This document shows positions 8,925 through 19,548 of a stretch of DNA of 64,000 bases, in pieces (within the stretch, counting starts at the first letter, position 1; the number at the start of each line of letters is the position of its first letter). The position numbers were made by a program, and so were the translations under genes. The notes under the pieces were generated by a model. It did no database searches and was not told the origin of the DNA. It saw only the letters and a list, made by a program, of their open reading frames with translations. This DNA is from Candidatus Fermentibacteraceae bacterium (GTDB lineage: Bacteria > Fermentibacterota > Fermentibacteria > Fermentibacterales > JCC-6), in contig JBGSZS010000018.1 of NCBI GenBank assembly GCA_041750285.1, forward strand, positions 96,001-160,000, read 5' to 3'.

Positions 8925-9709
8925 CGTGCGTCCTCCCTTCCCAGGAGAAGGTCGGCCATGATCGATGCAAGCTCTTCCGGTGTTCCCGTATGAATGCTTC
9001 CGCCCGTTCTGGCTTCCGGTGTCGCCGTGGTGACCACCTTGGTGGGAGAGCCTTCCAGCCCGGTTTCGTAAGGGGTGAGGCCGAGATCTTCGGCGCCCCA
9101 TGCCACGGGCTTGAACGTCCGTGCCCTCATCTTGCCGCGAAGTGACGGAATACGAGGTACGTTCGCGTCCTTGAGGACGGTGATGACAGCCGGAAGCGCA
9201 ACCCTGAGAACCTGAACGCCCGTCTCCACGTATCTTTCGCAAACCATGCTGCGGTCCGTCATTTCCCTGACCCTGCCCACGAACGTCACCTGGGGCCAGT
9301 CGAGGGATGCGGCGATGCCGGGGCCCGTCTGGGCCGTGTCGCCGTCGATGGCCTGCTTTCCGCAGAACACGGCGTCGACGCCGGTCATCTTTCGAACGGC
9401 CTCGGCAATGGTGTGGCTGGTGGCCCAGGTGTCGCTTCCCGCAAAAGCCCTGTCGGTGAGGAGGATGCCCTCGTCGGCCCCCATGGAGACAGCCTCGGTC
9501 AGAATGGCCTCTGCCTGGGGCGGACCCATGGTGACGACGGTAACCGTTCCGCCCAGCTTGTCACGCCACTTGAGGGCTTCTTCGAGGGCGTAGGTGTCGA
9601 AGGGGTTCAGGATGCTCGGCACTCCGTCACGGATGAGGGTGCCCCGCTCATGGTCGATCCGCACTTCAGCGGTGTCGGGAACCTGCTTGACCGCAACGAC
9701 GAACTTCAA
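8921..9709 (-). CDS. etfB: Electron transfer flavoprotein beta subunit
   Basis: VKQVPDT, NPFD, MGPPQA, DRAFAGSDT, GKQAIDGDTAQ, GLEGSPT. Confidence 0.95.
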   Translation of the reverse strand: MKFVVAVKQVPDTAEVRIDHERGTLIRDGVPSILNPFDTYALEEALKWRDKLGGTVTVVTMGPPQAEAILTEAVSMGADEGILLTDRAFAGSDTWATSHTIAEAVRKMTGVDAVFCGKQAIDGDTAQTGPGIAASLDWPQVTFVGRVREMTDRSMVCERYVETGVQVLRVALPAVITVLKDANVPRIPSLRGKMRARTFKPVAWGAEDLGLTPYETGLEGSPTKVVTTATPEARTGGSIHTGTPEELASIMADLLLGREDAR

Positions 9710-9712
9710 TGG

Positions 9713-10873
9713 CTACCTCGCTCCCGCTGCGGTTTCCCGAATGAGGGCGCTTGCTATGACCGAGCGCTGGATCTGGTTGGTGCCCTCGTAGATCTGTGTG
9801 ATCTTGGCATCACGCATCATCTTTTCGACCGGGTACTCCTTCATGTAGCCGTATCCGCCGAGGATCTGGACCGCGTCGGTGGTTACCTTCATTGCCACAT
9901 CGCTCGCGAACACCTTTGCCATGGCTGATTCCTTCTCGAACCGTCCCTTGCCCGAGTCGATCATCCTGGCCACGGAGTAGGTAAGGGCGCGGGCGGCCTC
10001 GATCGAAGTCGCCATGTCGGCCAGCATGAACTGGATGCCCTGGAAACTGTCTATGCGCTGCCCGAACTGGCGCCGCCCCGAAGCGTAGACCAGTGCCTCG
10101 TCCAGCGCGCCCTGGGCGATCCCGATGGCCTGGGCCGCGACCCCGGGTCTGCTGTTGTCGAGGGTTTTCATGGCAACCATGAAACCCATGCCTTCACGGG
10201 AGATGAGGTTTTCGGCGGGAATGCGGCAGTCCTCGAAGACCAGTTCCCTTGTGGAACTGGCACGGATGCCCATCTTGTCTTCCTTTTTCCCGTAGCTGAA
10301 CCCCGGGGTGCCCTCTTCGACAATGAAGGCGGTTGCGCCGCGTGCGCCGCGGGTCGGGTCGGTCATGGCGATGACCGTGTAGATCTGGGCTTCCCCGCCG
10401 TTCGTTATCCACTGTTTGGTTCCGTTGAGAACGTAGTGGTCGCCGTCGCGCACGGCCCTTGTCTTGATCCCCGCCGCGTCGCTTCCGGCTTCCGATTCGG
10501 TCAGGGCGAATGCGCAGAGCTTCTCGCCCGAGGCCAGGGGGGGGAGGAACTTCAGTTTCTGCTCTTCGGTGCCGAAAAGAAGAATGGGCATGGCACCCAG
10601 GGCATTCGCCGCGTAGGAGACTGCGATACCGCCGCAGGCCCTGCTGAGCTCCTCGGTCGCCACACAGAGGGCAAGGCTTCCCATCCCGGTGCCACCGTAC
10701 GCCTCGGGTATGTAGATCGTGAAAAGGTCGCTCTGGGCCAGAACTCCCATGATCTCGCGCGGAAAACGGTTTTCCTCGTCGAGCTGTGCCCTGACGGGTC
10801 GAATGTGTTTGGCGGCGATCTCGGCGCAGATATCCCGAATTGCCATCAGGTCTTCGCTGAGCATGTAGTCCAT
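9713..10873 (-). CDS. bcd: Acyl-CoA dehydrogenase (butyryl-CoA dehydrogenase-like); start revised to ATG 10873
   Basis: [52 protein letters not shown]. Confidence 0.88.
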   Translation of the reverse strand: MDYMLSEDLMAIRDICAEIAAKHIRPVRAQLDEENRFPREIMGVLAQSDLFTIYIPEAYGGTGMGSLALCVATEELSRACGGIAVSYAANALGAMPILLFGTEEQKLKFLPPLASGEKLCAFALTESEAGSDAAGIKTRAVRDGDHYVLNGTKQWITNGGEAQIYTVIAMTDPTRGARGATAFIVEEGTPGFSYGKKEDKMGIRASSTRELVFEDCRIPAENLISREGMGFMVAMKTLDNSRPGVAAQAIGIAQGALDEALVYASGRRQFGQRIDSFQGIQFMLADMATSIEAARALTYSVARMIDSGKGRFEKESAMAKVFASDVAMKVTTDAVQILGGYGYMKEYPVEKMMRDAKITQIYEGTNQIQRSVIASALIRETAAGAR

Positions 10874-10939
10874 GTCCTTATCCTCCGATTTCGGCGTTCG
10901 CACCGGCACGGGCCGACCAGGCCGGCGCGTGACGGGCCG

Positions 10940-12193
10940 TCAGTTGCCTGTATACTTCCGGAAGGCGAGGGTTACGTTGTGCCCGCCGAATCCCAGTGAG
11001 TTGCTCAGGGCAACATGAATGTCTGCCTCCCGGGCGGAGCCCGGAACGTAATCGAGTACGCAGCCTTCCCCGGGGTTCTCGTGGTTGATCGTGGGGGGAA
11101 CAACGCCGTGCTTCAGGGCAAGGCAGGTGATGGAGGCCTCCATGGAGCCTGCTGCGCCCAGCATGTGCCCGTGAACCGATTTCGTCGATGAAACCATTAT
11201 CCGATGGGCGTTTTCCTGGCCCAGGGCGCTTATTATGGCCATGGTCTCGTTCACGTCGTTGAGCTGGGTGGATGTGCCGTGGGCGTTGATGTAGTCGACC
11301 GAGCCGGGGTCGATTCCGCCGTCTCGCATGGCGTTGATCATGGCCCTGCGGCTGCCTTCCCCGCCCTCGGCGGGGGCCGTTATGTGGAAGGCGTCGCATG
11401 TCATCCCCGCGCCCACGAGTTCGGCAACGATCTCAGCTCCCCTTGCCTTCGCGTGGGAAAGCTCCTCGAGGATCAGAACGGCGCCGCCCTCGGACATGAC
11501 AAAGCCGTCTCGGTCGCGGTCGAAGGGTCTGCATGCCCGGGTTGGCCTGTCGTTCCAGCCCGTGGAAAGAGCCTTCAGGGCACAGAATCCCCCCAGAGCC
11601 ATGAAGGTGATGGGGGCTTCGCTTCCGCCTGCAAGGATGACATCGGCCCTGCCGAGGCGGATCGAGTCGAGTGCGGCAGCCAGAGCATGGCCGCTGCTGG
11701 CGCACGCCGTGACCGTACAGTAGTTGAGCGCCCTGGCGTTCAGATCGATCGCGACCTGTCCGCACGCCATATTGGAGATCATCATGGGAACGAAGAAGGG
11801 GCTTATCCTTCGGGGTCCCCTCTCCATGGCGGTCCGCATCTGTTCCTCGAACGTGCCGATGCCTCCCACCCCGCTGCCCAGGATAACTCCGACCCGCTCG
11901 GGGTCGGGAGGGTCGTCGGCGAATCCGGCAGCGTTCCACGCGTTGAGGGAAGCCACCCTGGCAAACTGCGTGAACCTGTCGCTCTTCCGGGCCTCGGCAG
12001 CTCCAAAATGGGCCACCGGATCGAATCCATTGACCTGCCCTGCGACCTGGCTGGTGAAGTCGGATGGGTCGATCAGGGTTATACGGCCGATTCCGCTCTT
12101 CCCTTCAAGGGCATTGTTCCAGGCTTCCGACGGAGTCACTCCGATCGGGCTCACAACGCCAAGACCCGTTACAACAACTCGTCTGTGGGACAA
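10940..12193 (-). CDS. fabF: 3-oxoacyl-ACP synthase II
   Basis: RVVVTGLG, TACASS, NAHGTST, STKS..GHMLGAAG, NSLGFGGHN. Confidence 0.95.
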   Translation of the reverse strand: MSHRRVVVTGLGVVSPIGVTPSEAWNNALEGKSGIGRITLIDPSDFTSQVAGQVNGFDPVAHFGAAEARKSDRFTQFARVASLNAWNAAGFADDPPDPERVGVILGSGVGGIGTFEEQMRTAMERGPRRISPFFVPMMISNMACGQVAIDLNARALNYCTVTACASSGHALAAALDSIRLGRADVILAGGSEAPITFMALGGFCALKALSTGWNDRPTRACRPFDRDRDGFVMSEGGAVLILEELSHAKARGAEIVAELVGAGMTCDAFHITAPAEGGEGSRRAMINAMRDGGIDPGSVDYINAHGTSTQLNDVNETMAIISALGQENAHRIMVSSTKSVHGHMLGAAGSMEASITCLALKHGVVPPTINHENPGEGCVLDYVPGSAREADIHVALSNSLGFGGHNVTLAFRKYTGN

Positions 12194-12215
12194 GATTGGT
12201 CTCCTCCGCTGTATT

Positions 12216-12252
12216 CAGCCCGGCGCCGCACACTTGCGCGGCGCCGGGGCTG
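12216..12252 (-). other. GC-rich hairpin between acpP and fabF (mRNA stabiliser or partial terminator)
   Basis: CAGCCCGGCGCCGC ... GCGGCGCCGGGGCTG, about 14-bp stem with one bulge; no U tract. Confidence 0.5.
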
Positions 12253-12274
12253 TCTGCCGGCAAAGGCTCCGATC

Positions 12275-12514
12275 TTAAACGGAAATGCCCTTGGCCTTAA
12301 GGAAATCGATTACGGCTCCCACGGTCTGAAGCTTGCCGGCCTCCTCGTCGGAAATCTTGAGGTCGAAGGCGTCTTCGAAGTCCATCATCAGTTCGACCTG
12401 ATCGAGGGAGTCGGCGCCGAGGTCGGTCACGAAATGGGCTTCGGGTGTAACCTCTTCGGCCTTTACACCAAGCTTGTTCACGATTATCTCGGTAACACGG
12501 TTTTCAAGTGACAT
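12275..12514 (-). CDS. acpP: Acyl carrier protein
   Basis: DLGADSLDQVELMM phosphopantetheine site; 79 aa, acidic. Confidence 0.95.
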   Translation of the reverse strand: MSLENRVTEIIVNKLGVKAEEVTPEAHFVTDLGADSLDQVELMMDFEDAFDLKISDEEAGKLQTVGAVIDFLKAKGISV

Positions 12515-12526
12515 TTTATGTCCTTT

Positions 12527-13264
12527 CTATGTTGTAAGGCCGCCATCAACGGGAAGTACCACACCTGTAATATACCTTGAAGCAGGGCCCGCGAGAAAGG
12601 CGACTGCATCCGCGACATCCTCCGGAAGGCCAAGCCTTCCCATCGGGATCCTGCGGAGGTAATCGCTGCGGACCTCTTCAGGCAGAATCGCAGTCATTTC
12701 GGTCTCGATGAACCCCGGGGCAATGGCGTTCACCCTGACGCCCTTTGCCGAGATCTCCCTGCTCAGCGCCTTGGTGAAACCGATGAGCCCCGCCTTGCTG
12801 GCGGCGTAGTTGGTCTGGCCCGGTGCGCCGATCAATCCCACCACCGACGTTATGTTGATGATGGAGGGTTGGCTGGCCCTTAGAAGGGTTCTGAGGAGAG
12901 CCCTGGTCACGTTCATGGCGCCGGTGAGGTTTACGGCCAGAACGGAGTCCCACGCCGACTGGTCCATCCGGAGCAGAAGGCTGTCGCGGGTGATGCCCGC
13001 GTTGTTCACCAGACAGCTTATGCCCTGAAGCCCGGTGTTCATCTCCGCCACGGATGCGGCTACGCTGCCAGGGTCGGCCACGTTCATCACGAAGGGATGG
13101 AAGGCCTGCCCGAGATCGTTGGCGGCCGCTGCGAGAGCATCACCGGAAATGTCGCAGCCTGCGACCTGCCAGCCCTGCGAGATGAGTTTTCCGGCTATGC
13201 AAAGCCCTATGCCCCGGGCCGCCCCCGTGACGACCGCGGTGCGGTTCCCAGCCGTTACTTCCAC
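12527..13264 (-). CDS. fabG: 3-oxoacyl-ACP reductase (probable GTG start 13264)
   Basis: [32 protein letters not shown]. Confidence 0.92.
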   Translation of the reverse strand: MEVTAGNRTAVVTGAARGIGLCIAGKLISQGWQVAGCDISGDALAAAANDLGQAFHPFVMNVADPGSVAASVAEMNTGLQGISCLVNNAGITRDSLLLRMDQSAWDSVLAVNLTGAMNVTRALLRTLLRASQPSIINITSVVGLIGAPGQTNYAASKAGLIGFTKALSREISAKGVRVNAIAPGFIETEMTAILPEEVRSDYLRRIPMGRLGLPEDVADAVAFLAGPASRYITGVVLPVDGGLTT

Positions 13265-14244
13265 CGAAGCACCATCCCTCCCCACGTGAGTCCGGCGCCG
13301 AAAGCGGCCAGGACGAGGTTCATCCCCGGTTTGACCGCGCCGCTTCTGACCACCTCGTCGAGCGCTATGGGTATCGATGCGCTGGATGTGTTGCCGAACT
13401 TGTGGATGTTCACGAAGACCTTTTCCGGCGGGAGGCCGAGCGCCCTTGCAGTGGCGTCGATTATTCTCACATTGGCCTGGTGGGAGATCAGGAGGTCGAC
13501 ATCGCTCCGTGTGATGCCCTCCTTCTCAAGGGCGAGAAGGGCCGAATCGCGCATTGCACGCACGGCGTTCTTGAATATCTCGCCGCCCTCCATGTAGATC
13601 GTGTTCTTGCCCTCATCAAGCCCCTCGTGCGTAAGGGGTTCCCGTGAACCGCCCGCGGGCTGGGTGAGAAGGGTGCCCAGGGAACCGTCGGCGCCCCAGT
13701 GCCAGCCGCCCAGCATGCCGCCGGGGCCCTGGCTGCTCACGGCCACCGCCCCCGCGCCGTCTCCGAAGAGGACGCAGGTGGACCTGTCCTTCCAGTTCGT
13801 GATCCTCGTGAGCGTCTCTCCGCCTATGACGAGTATCCTGTCCAGGGTTTCGGACACGATGAGGGCCCTGGCCTGGATCAGCCCGTAGATGAACCCGGTG
13901 CAGCCAGCCTCGAAGTCGTAGCAGGGAACGTTGGAGAGGCCCAGCCTGTCGGAGATGATGGCTGCGGTGCAGGGAAACACGTAGTCGGGGGTGACTGTCC
14001 CCACGATCACGGCCTGAACGTCTCCGGGTTTCCATCCCGCGGCGTCCATTGCCCTGCGCGCCGCCTCGATGGAGAGGTCGGAGGTGGCCTGTGAGGGCTC
14101 GGAGATGTGCCTTTCCTTGATCCCGGAGCGAGTGGTAATCCATTCGTCGCTGGTGTCAACCATACGCTCAAGGTCGGCATTCGTGAGTATTCGGGATGGA
14201 ACGAAATGCCCCGTCCCCACGATGTAAGCTTGCCTATTGTTCAC
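13255..14244 (-). CDS. fabH: 3-oxoacyl-ACP synthase III
   Basis: [41 protein letters not shown]. Confidence 0.95.
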   Translation of the reverse strand: MNNRQAYIVGTGHFVPSRILTNADLERMVDTSDEWITTRSGIKERHISEPSQATSDLSIEAARRAMDAAGWKPGDVQAVIVGTVTPDYVFPCTAAIISDRLGLSNVPCYDFEAGCTGFIYGLIQARALIVSETLDRILVIGGETLTRITNWKDRSTCVLFGDGAGAVAVSSQGPGGMLGGWHWGADGSLGTLLTQPAGGSREPLTHEGLDEGKNTIYMEGGEIFKNAVRAMRDSALLALEKEGITRSDVDLLISHQANVRIIDATARALGLPPEKVFVNIHKFGNTSSASIPIALDEVVRSGAVKPGMNLVLAAFGAGLTWGGMVLRWK

Positions 14245-15295
14245 TTGCCTTTTCCTTTGCGATGAGTTCAGCCATGCTGCTTCTTATCTTTTCCACTGCG
14301 CCGGCCCTGCGAAAATCGACCCCCACTTTCAGCGCGTTCCTTATCGCGTGGGAGCTCGAGCTGCCGTGGGCGACTATGGAGACTCCGTTGAGGCCCAGAA
14401 GGGGGGCCCCGCCGTACTCTGCGGTGTCGAGCTTTGTCCAGAGATGGTTGAAGGAGGGTTTCATGAAGAGGTATCCGAACCTTGAGGCCCAGTGGCGTTT
14501 CATCTCAAGGTACAGGGCCCCCCCCACGAGCGATGTCACCGATTCCGTGAACTTCAGCAGGACATTCCCCACGAAGCCGTCGCAAACGACAACGTCAGCC
14601 TCGCCCTTCAGTATTCCGTCGCCCTCGAGGTTGCCCACGAAGTTGAGCGGCGATTCGGAGAGTTTGCGGTAGACTTCCTGCACGGTGGGGGTTCCCTTCG
14701 TGGCTTCCATGCCAACGTTCAGAAGGGCCACCCTGGGGTTCTCGACACCAAAGACATCCCTGCTGTAGACACTTCCCATGTAGGCGAAACGGAAGAGCTG
14801 TTCGGGCTTGCAGTCGACATTCGCACCGAGGTCGAGGAGGATCGAGGGGTTGTTCACCGTTGGCAGCGAGCCGGCAATGGCGGGACGCTGGATCCCGGGG
14901 ATCGTACCCAGCGCGAAGACGCTCGCGGCCATCATGGCGCCCGTATTGCCGGGGCTTACCATGCTGTGGGCGACACCGCTCTTCTGAAGCCCGGCCATGA
15001 CGGAGAGGCTGCTGTCAGGCTTGTTGCGAAGTGCATGCGAAGGGTGTTCGTCCATTCCCACGACCTGGGAGGCGTGCTGAATGGAGATGGGAAGCTTCTG
15101 GCCGCCGGCCCTGCTCAGAAGCCTGGCAAGGGTGTCACGCTCTCCAGTCAGGATGACCGAAACACCCTTCTGCACGGCCTTGGGTAACTCGTCGAAAAAG
15201 CGGACCGCTCCTTCGACCACCACACCGGGGCCGTTATCGCCGCCCATCGCATCGAGGGCGATGACCACGCTTTCAGTCAGGGGAGCATCCGGCAA
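14234..15295 (-). CDS. plsX: Phosphate acyltransferase
   Basis: ALDAMGGD, GNTGA, LDLGAN, LLNVG.E..KG, VCDGFVGN, GGAPLLG, HGSS. Confidence 0.95.
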   Translation of the reverse strand: MPDAPLTESVVIALDAMGGDNGPGVVVEGAVRFFDELPKAVQKGVSVILTGERDTLARLLSRAGGQKLPISIQHASQVVGMDEHPSHALRNKPDSSLSVMAGLQKSGVAHSMVSPGNTGAMMAASVFALGTIPGIQRPAIAGSLPTVNNPSILLDLGANVDCKPEQLFRFAYMGSVYSRDVFGVENPRVALLNVGMEATKGTPTVQEVYRKLSESPLNFVGNLEGDGILKGEADVVVCDGFVGNVLLKFTESVTSLVGGALYLEMKRHWASRFGYLFMKPSFNHLWTKLDTAEYGGAPLLGLNGVSIVAHGSSSSHAIRNALKVGVDFRRAGAVEKIRSSMAELIAKEKASEQ

Positions 15296-15307
15296 CTGAT
15301 GAACCCG

Positions 15308-15490
15308 CTACTCTTCCGCGGGTCTGGTCACCATGCGACCATCGTAGAATCCGCAATGCCTGCAGACACGATGGGGGATCCGGGGTTCACCGCACTGGGG
15401 GCAGCTGCTTACGGAACCTGCCACCAGCTTCCAGTTGGCCCTGCGCTTGTCCCTCCTGGTTGCGGAGGTTCTTCTCTTTGGTACGGGCAT
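15308..15490 (-). CDS. rpmF: 50S ribosomal protein L32 (zinc-binding type)
   Basis: MPVPKRRTS..RRDKRR, CPQC...HRVCRHCGFY. Confidence 0.95.
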   Translation of the reverse strand: MPVPKRRTSATRRDKRRANWKLVAGSVSSCPQCGEPRIPHRVCRHCGFYDGRMVTRPAEE

Positions 15491-15521
15491 CATCCACTCC
15501 TTGTTTGCATTACCGGGGCAA

Positions 15522-16016
15522 TCACTCCCCGCCGGGGTGGCAGCAGCCTCCCCGATCCTTGACCTTGTTCAAATTGGCTCCGCACACGCTGCACAAACCC
15601 CTGCACCCCTTTTCGCAAAGGGGCACCATGGGCATTGCCAGGATGACGGACTCTCGTACTGCGTCGAATATACTAATCCAACCGTCATGATGGGAGACGG
15701 GTTCCACATCGGGTTCGTCCTCGAGGGCGGGGTCGCTGCTGTACATTCGCCGCACCTCTCCGGAGATATCGATCAGGGCTGGTTCGAGGCACCTGGCGCA
15801 GGGAGCGGCGAACACCGCGTTGAAGGTCCCCTCCACAAGAATCGAGTCACCGGATCTGGTGACTTCGAGGCTGAGCTCTCCCGGGGCATCCGTGGGCCAG
15901 GTCTCGGGGATGTTCCAGTCCAGATCGCCGAGGGGGATCGAATACACCCCGCTGCATCGCTTCCCCGAATCCAGTGAGTTCACCGCAAGTGACATTTTCC
16001 CGATGTCGAGTATCAC
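15522..16016 (-). CDS. yceD: DUF177/YceD family protein
   Basis: CARCL and LCEKGCRGLCSVCGANLN; canonical position upstream of rpmF. Confidence 0.88.
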   Translation of the reverse strand: MILDIGKMSLAVNSLDSGKRCSGVYSIPLGDLDWNIPETWPTDAPGELSLEVTRSGDSILVEGTFNAVFAAPCARCLEPALIDISGEVRRMYSSDPALEDEPDVEPVSHHDGWISIFDAVRESVILAMPMVPLCEKGCRGLCSVCGANLNKVKDRGGCCHPGGE

Positions 16017-17404
16017 GGGTTTCCCCCGAATTCCCGCCCGATGCTCTCCGCGAGTTCATCGCAAAGCGAGGTGGAGGATGACTGGATGTAAACCCTGGCG
16101 AGGGGCTCGGTGCCGGACAGCCTGACCAGAACCCAGGTGTCGGGACCAAGCAGAAGCTTCACGCCGTCGGTACGGTCGACTCCCAGCACCGGTCTTCCGG
16201 CGGCTTTTCTGGGGTCGCTGTCCAGCCAGTCCCGCTGGATGCGGTCTCTCGTTTCGGGAGAGAGGGGAAGGTCCACCCTGGTGTTGAAAAGCCTTCCGTG
16301 GGTGTTCCACAGTCTTTCGAGCTGGGCGGCGAGACCCTCTCTTCTGGCGCAGACCATCTCCGCCGCCAGCAGGCATGCGAGGATGCCGTCCTTCTCGGGA
16401 ACGTGCCCCCCGACGGACAACCCCCCCGACTCCTCTCCGGCCAGCATGACGTTGCCGGAAAGCATGGCGCTTCCCAGGTGCTTGAAACCCACTGGTGTGA
16501 CTTTGACAGGGATGCCCCTGGCGGCGGCGACACGGTCAATGAGGCTTCCGGTCGTCACCGAACGAACCGCCGCGCCGCTGCGTCCCGATTCGGCAAGGTA
16601 ATCCAGAAGGAGGGCGAGGAGATCGTGCGGCGTGACGAACACGCCGTTTTCGTCGACGATGCCGAAACGGTCGGCGTCTCCGTCGGTGGCCACGCCCAGT
16701 GACGCCCCGCTTTTGACAACTTCGGCACAAAGATCGAGGAGTCCTTGCGCATTGGGTTCAGGATGTTCCCTCCCCGCGAAAAGCGGGTCGCGGGTTCCGT
16801 TGATGATCCGGATGGACGCACCGAGTTCACCCAGTTTCCTGTCGAGAACACCGCTGCCTGCCCCGCTGAAAGCGTCGTAGACAACCCTGAGCGAATCGTG
16901 CGACCTGAAGACGCCCGCGTTTATGAAGCCGTTCAGGTCACCCAGGTACGGTGTGACGAAATCAACCGTGGAAACCGACCCTGTGGACCGGACGGGTTGT
17001 TCGCCCAGCCGGATCAGCTCTTCGATCCTTCCCGTTGCCGGGGAGTCGGCGGGACCGCCATGACCCGGTGAGAACTTGATGCCGTTGTAAAGCGGCGGGT
17101 TGTGGCTGGCCGTGAAGTTGATCACGCCCCCGAGTCCCCGGCTGCGGCAGGCATGGGAGAGCACCGGAGTCGGTACGGGACCCCTGGAAAGGAACACGTC
17201 GAAGCCGTAACCGGAAAGCCTTTCAGCAGCGGCATGGGAAAGCTCGGGGGAAAGGAAGCGGCAATCCCCGCCCACCGCCACCGACCTGAAGCCCGTTTCG
17301 GAGAGGAAGACGCCAATCGCGTCCACCACGGACATCGCCCTGTCCCACGTGAAATCACGGGAGATGATGCCGCGCCATCCCGAGGTTCCGAAGGTGATGC
17401 TCAT
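16013..17404 (-). CDS. Phosphoglucomutase/phosphomannomutase family protein
   Basis: FGTSGWRG, TASHNP, DGDADR, GEESGG, RLSGTEP. Confidence 0.92.
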   Translation of the reverse strand: MSITFGTSGWRGIISRDFTWDRAMSVVDAIGVFLSETGFRSVAVGGDCRFLSPELSHAAAERLSGYGFDVFLSRGPVPTPVLSHACRSRGLGGVINFTASHNPPLYNGIKFSPGHGGPADSPATGRIEELIRLGEQPVRSTGSVSTVDFVTPYLGDLNGFINAGVFRSHDSLRVVYDAFSGAGSGVLDRKLGELGASIRIINGTRDPLFAGREHPEPNAQGLLDLCAEVVKSGASLGVATDGDADRFGIVDENGVFVTPHDLLALLLDYLAESGRSGAAVRSVTTGSLIDRVAAARGIPVKVTPVGFKHLGSAMLSGNVMLAGEESGGLSVGGHVPEKDGILACLLAAEMVCARREGLAAQLERLWNTHGRLFNTRVDLPLSPETRDRIQRDWLDSDPRKAAGRPVLGVDRTDGVKLLLGPDTWVLVRLSGTEPLARVYIQSSSTSLCDELAESIGREFGGNP

Positions 17405-18882
17405 CTCTGACCTTCACCCCCGCGCAGGTGTTCGAGGGCGGCAAGGATGCAGGGGTCGCGGGGGGAGACGACCTCGTAGTAATGGTCCATGGGCCACTCT
17501 CTGAGACCGATCTCCCGAAGGAGTGCGCGTTCGATGTAATCCCTGCTCTCCTGGAACTCCGAAGGGGTGAATTCGACCTCCTCCCGGGCCAGATAGAGGG
17601 AAAAGGCTTCAATGACCTGGTCGTCGGGCCAGAACTCGTATGGAACGCTGTTCTCGAGAACGTACTCCCCGGCGAAACCGAAGAAGTAGCCCTCGTACTC
17701 CAGCAGGTAGACCAGACGGTCGTCGAAATAGGCGGTTTCCACGGGAATGTCGGGAAGGATCCCCCAGTCCTCCTCGGCGCCCTGTTCCATGAAGTCGTCG
17801 CGGAGGGTCCTGTCAATGCTTCTTCCCGAAGGGGTGTAGTACCTGGCCGTGGTGAGCTTGACGCCGTAATGCCCGAGCCCCGGGTACTCGCCCAGGTCGG
17901 TGAGGGACTGGACCGAACCCTTGCCGAAGGTCCTGCTGCCGACGATCGTGGCAACACCGTTGTCCTGCAGGGCGCTGGCGAATATCTCCGAACTGCTGGC
18001 GCTTCCGCCGTCAACGAGAACCGCGGTAGCGCCGCTGAAGAACACGCCGTTACGGGCCCTGTATATCTGCTCTCCAACGGCCTGCCCGCGCGTGGTCACG
18101 ATCGGCGTGCCTGCGGGAAGGAAAAGATCGGCCAGTTCTATCGCCGGATTCAGAAGCCCCCCGGAGTTCGAGCGCACGTCGAAGATCAGCCTGGTTGCGC
18201 CCCGATCCATCAGTTCCTGCATCGCATCACGAACCTCGGCCAGCGACTCTTCCGAGAATCGGGCCAGACGAACGTAACCGATGCCGGGTTCGAGCATGAA
18301 ATGAGCGGAGAGTGAGGGGACATCGATCTTGGCACGTTCGATGGGGAAGCTGAGCGTGTCTTCGATGCCTGCCCTGAGTACCTGGAGGGTCACAACGGTC
18401 CCCCCGGGACCCCTGATGAAGCCCACTGCCTCGTCGGTGGTCATTCCTTCGGTCGTGGCTCCGTCTATCGTCACTATGGTGTCGCCGGCCCTCATCCCGG
18501 CCCTGTGAGCAGGTGTGCCCTCGATCGGGGAGATCACAGTGAGCCGTTCATCCCGCTGCCCGAGTGTGATCCCCACCCCCTCGAACGATCCTTCGAGCTG
18601 TATCCTGAGGTTGTCGTAGTCTCTGGGGGTGAGAAGCATGCTGTTGGGGTCGAGCGACTGAAGCATCCCCTGAAGAGCCTCTTCCATGAGCACCCTGCTC
18701 TCCACGGTGTCCACATAGGCGCTTCTTGTAAGACCGTAAACATCGAGGAACAGCTCGAGCGAGCTGGCCCTTGCCGCCGGCGTATCGTAGGCATCGGCCG
18801 GAGAAACGGCGAGAAACCCCGTGAAAGCCAGCAGAAGGGTGCCCAGCAGCCCCGAAGCCCAGGAGGGTATGGGATTCTTCAT
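17401..18882 (-). CDS. ctpA: C-terminal processing peptidase S41 with PDZ domain
   Basis: FEGVGI, PAHRAG, DVRSNSGG, SASSSEI, TFGKGSVQ, YYTPSG. Confidence 0.9.
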   Translation of the reverse strand: MKNPIPSWASGLLGTLLLAFTGFLAVSPADAYDTPAARASSLELFLDVYGLTRSAYVDTVESRVLMEEALQGMLQSLDPNSMLLTPRDYDNLRIQLEGSFEGVGITLGQRDERLTVISPIEGTPAHRAGMRAGDTIVTIDGATTEGMTTDEAVGFIRGPGGTVVTLQVLRAGIEDTLSFPIERAKIDVPSLSAHFMLEPGIGYVRLARFSEESLAEVRDAMQELMDRGATRLIFDVRSNSGGLLNPAIELADLFLPAGTPIVTTRGQAVGEQIYRARNGVFFSGATAVLVDGGSASSSEIFASALQDNGVATIVGSRTFGKGSVQSLTDLGEYPGLGHYGVKLTTARYYTPSGRSIDRTLRDDFMEQGAEEDWGILPDIPVETAYFDDRLVYLLEYEGYFFGFAGEYVLENSVPYEFWPDDQVIEAFSLYLAREEVEFTPSEFQESRDYIERALLREIGLREWPMDHYYEVVSPRDPCILAALEHLRGGEGQR

Positions 18883-19523
18883 TGAACAAGGCCCCCGTTC
18901 TTTTCCCGAAGAACCTTCAGGGTCCTTCGCAGTATCAGGTCGTCAAGCCTCTCAGGAGGCAGTGTTCCGTCAAGAACCATGAACCTGGAAGGATTCTCGC
19001 GTGACAACTGAAGGTACCCTTCCCGGACCCTTCTGTGAAAGGGCGCACCCGCCTCCTCGATCCTGTCACGCGTTCTGCCAGCGCTGGCATGCCTCTCGAG
19101 GCCCAGTTCGGGGTCGAGGTCGAGAAGCACTGTCAGGTCGGGCACGATTCCGGCCGCCGCGAAAATGCAGGCGGTTTCCACTTCACCCCTGGGCAGCCCC
19201 CTCCCGAACGACTGGTAGGCCAGTGTGGCGTCGGTGAACCTGTCACCGATGACAATGGCGCCCTTCGCAAGCCATGGCGCAACCAGCTGTTCGACATTCG
19301 AGGCCCTGGCGGCGAGAAAGAGCATCAGCTCGCACACGGGTGGGGTGAGGAGGCCCGTGTCGAGAAGGATCTCGCGGATCCTCTCCGATACTGGCGTCCC
19401 GCCCGGTTCCCGGGTGGGCATCACGGTATGGCCCAGGCCGGAAAGTGACTTGCAGAGAGCCCTGCTCCTGCTTGTCTTCCCCGCGCCCTCCACCCCTTCG
19501 AAGGTTACGAAAGCGCCCTTCAT
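18879..19523 (-). CDS. tmk: Thymidylate kinase
   Basis: FEGVEGAGKT, TREPGG, DRF...TLAYQ, PDLT. Confidence 0.93.
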   Translation of the reverse strand: MKGAFVTFEGVEGAGKTSRSRALCKSLSGLGHTVMPTREPGGTPVSERIREILLDTGLLTPPVCELMLFLAARASNVEQLVAPWLAKGAIVIGDRFTDATLAYQSFGRGLPRGEVETACIFAAAGIVPDLTVLLDLDPELGLERHASAGRTRDRIEEAGAPFHRRVREGYLQLSRENPSRFMVLDGTLPPERLDDLILRRTLKVLREKNGGLVQ

Positions 19524-19548
19524 GGGAGGGGGGTCAGCCCCCTTCCCC

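Noticed and set aside
7731..9242. 503-aa EtfA with a long N-terminal extension (and similar extensions on rsmI, ispE, the TBDR and others)
   Set aside because: These are artefacts of longest-ORF calling; RBS positions and stop/start overlaps support the shorter starts.
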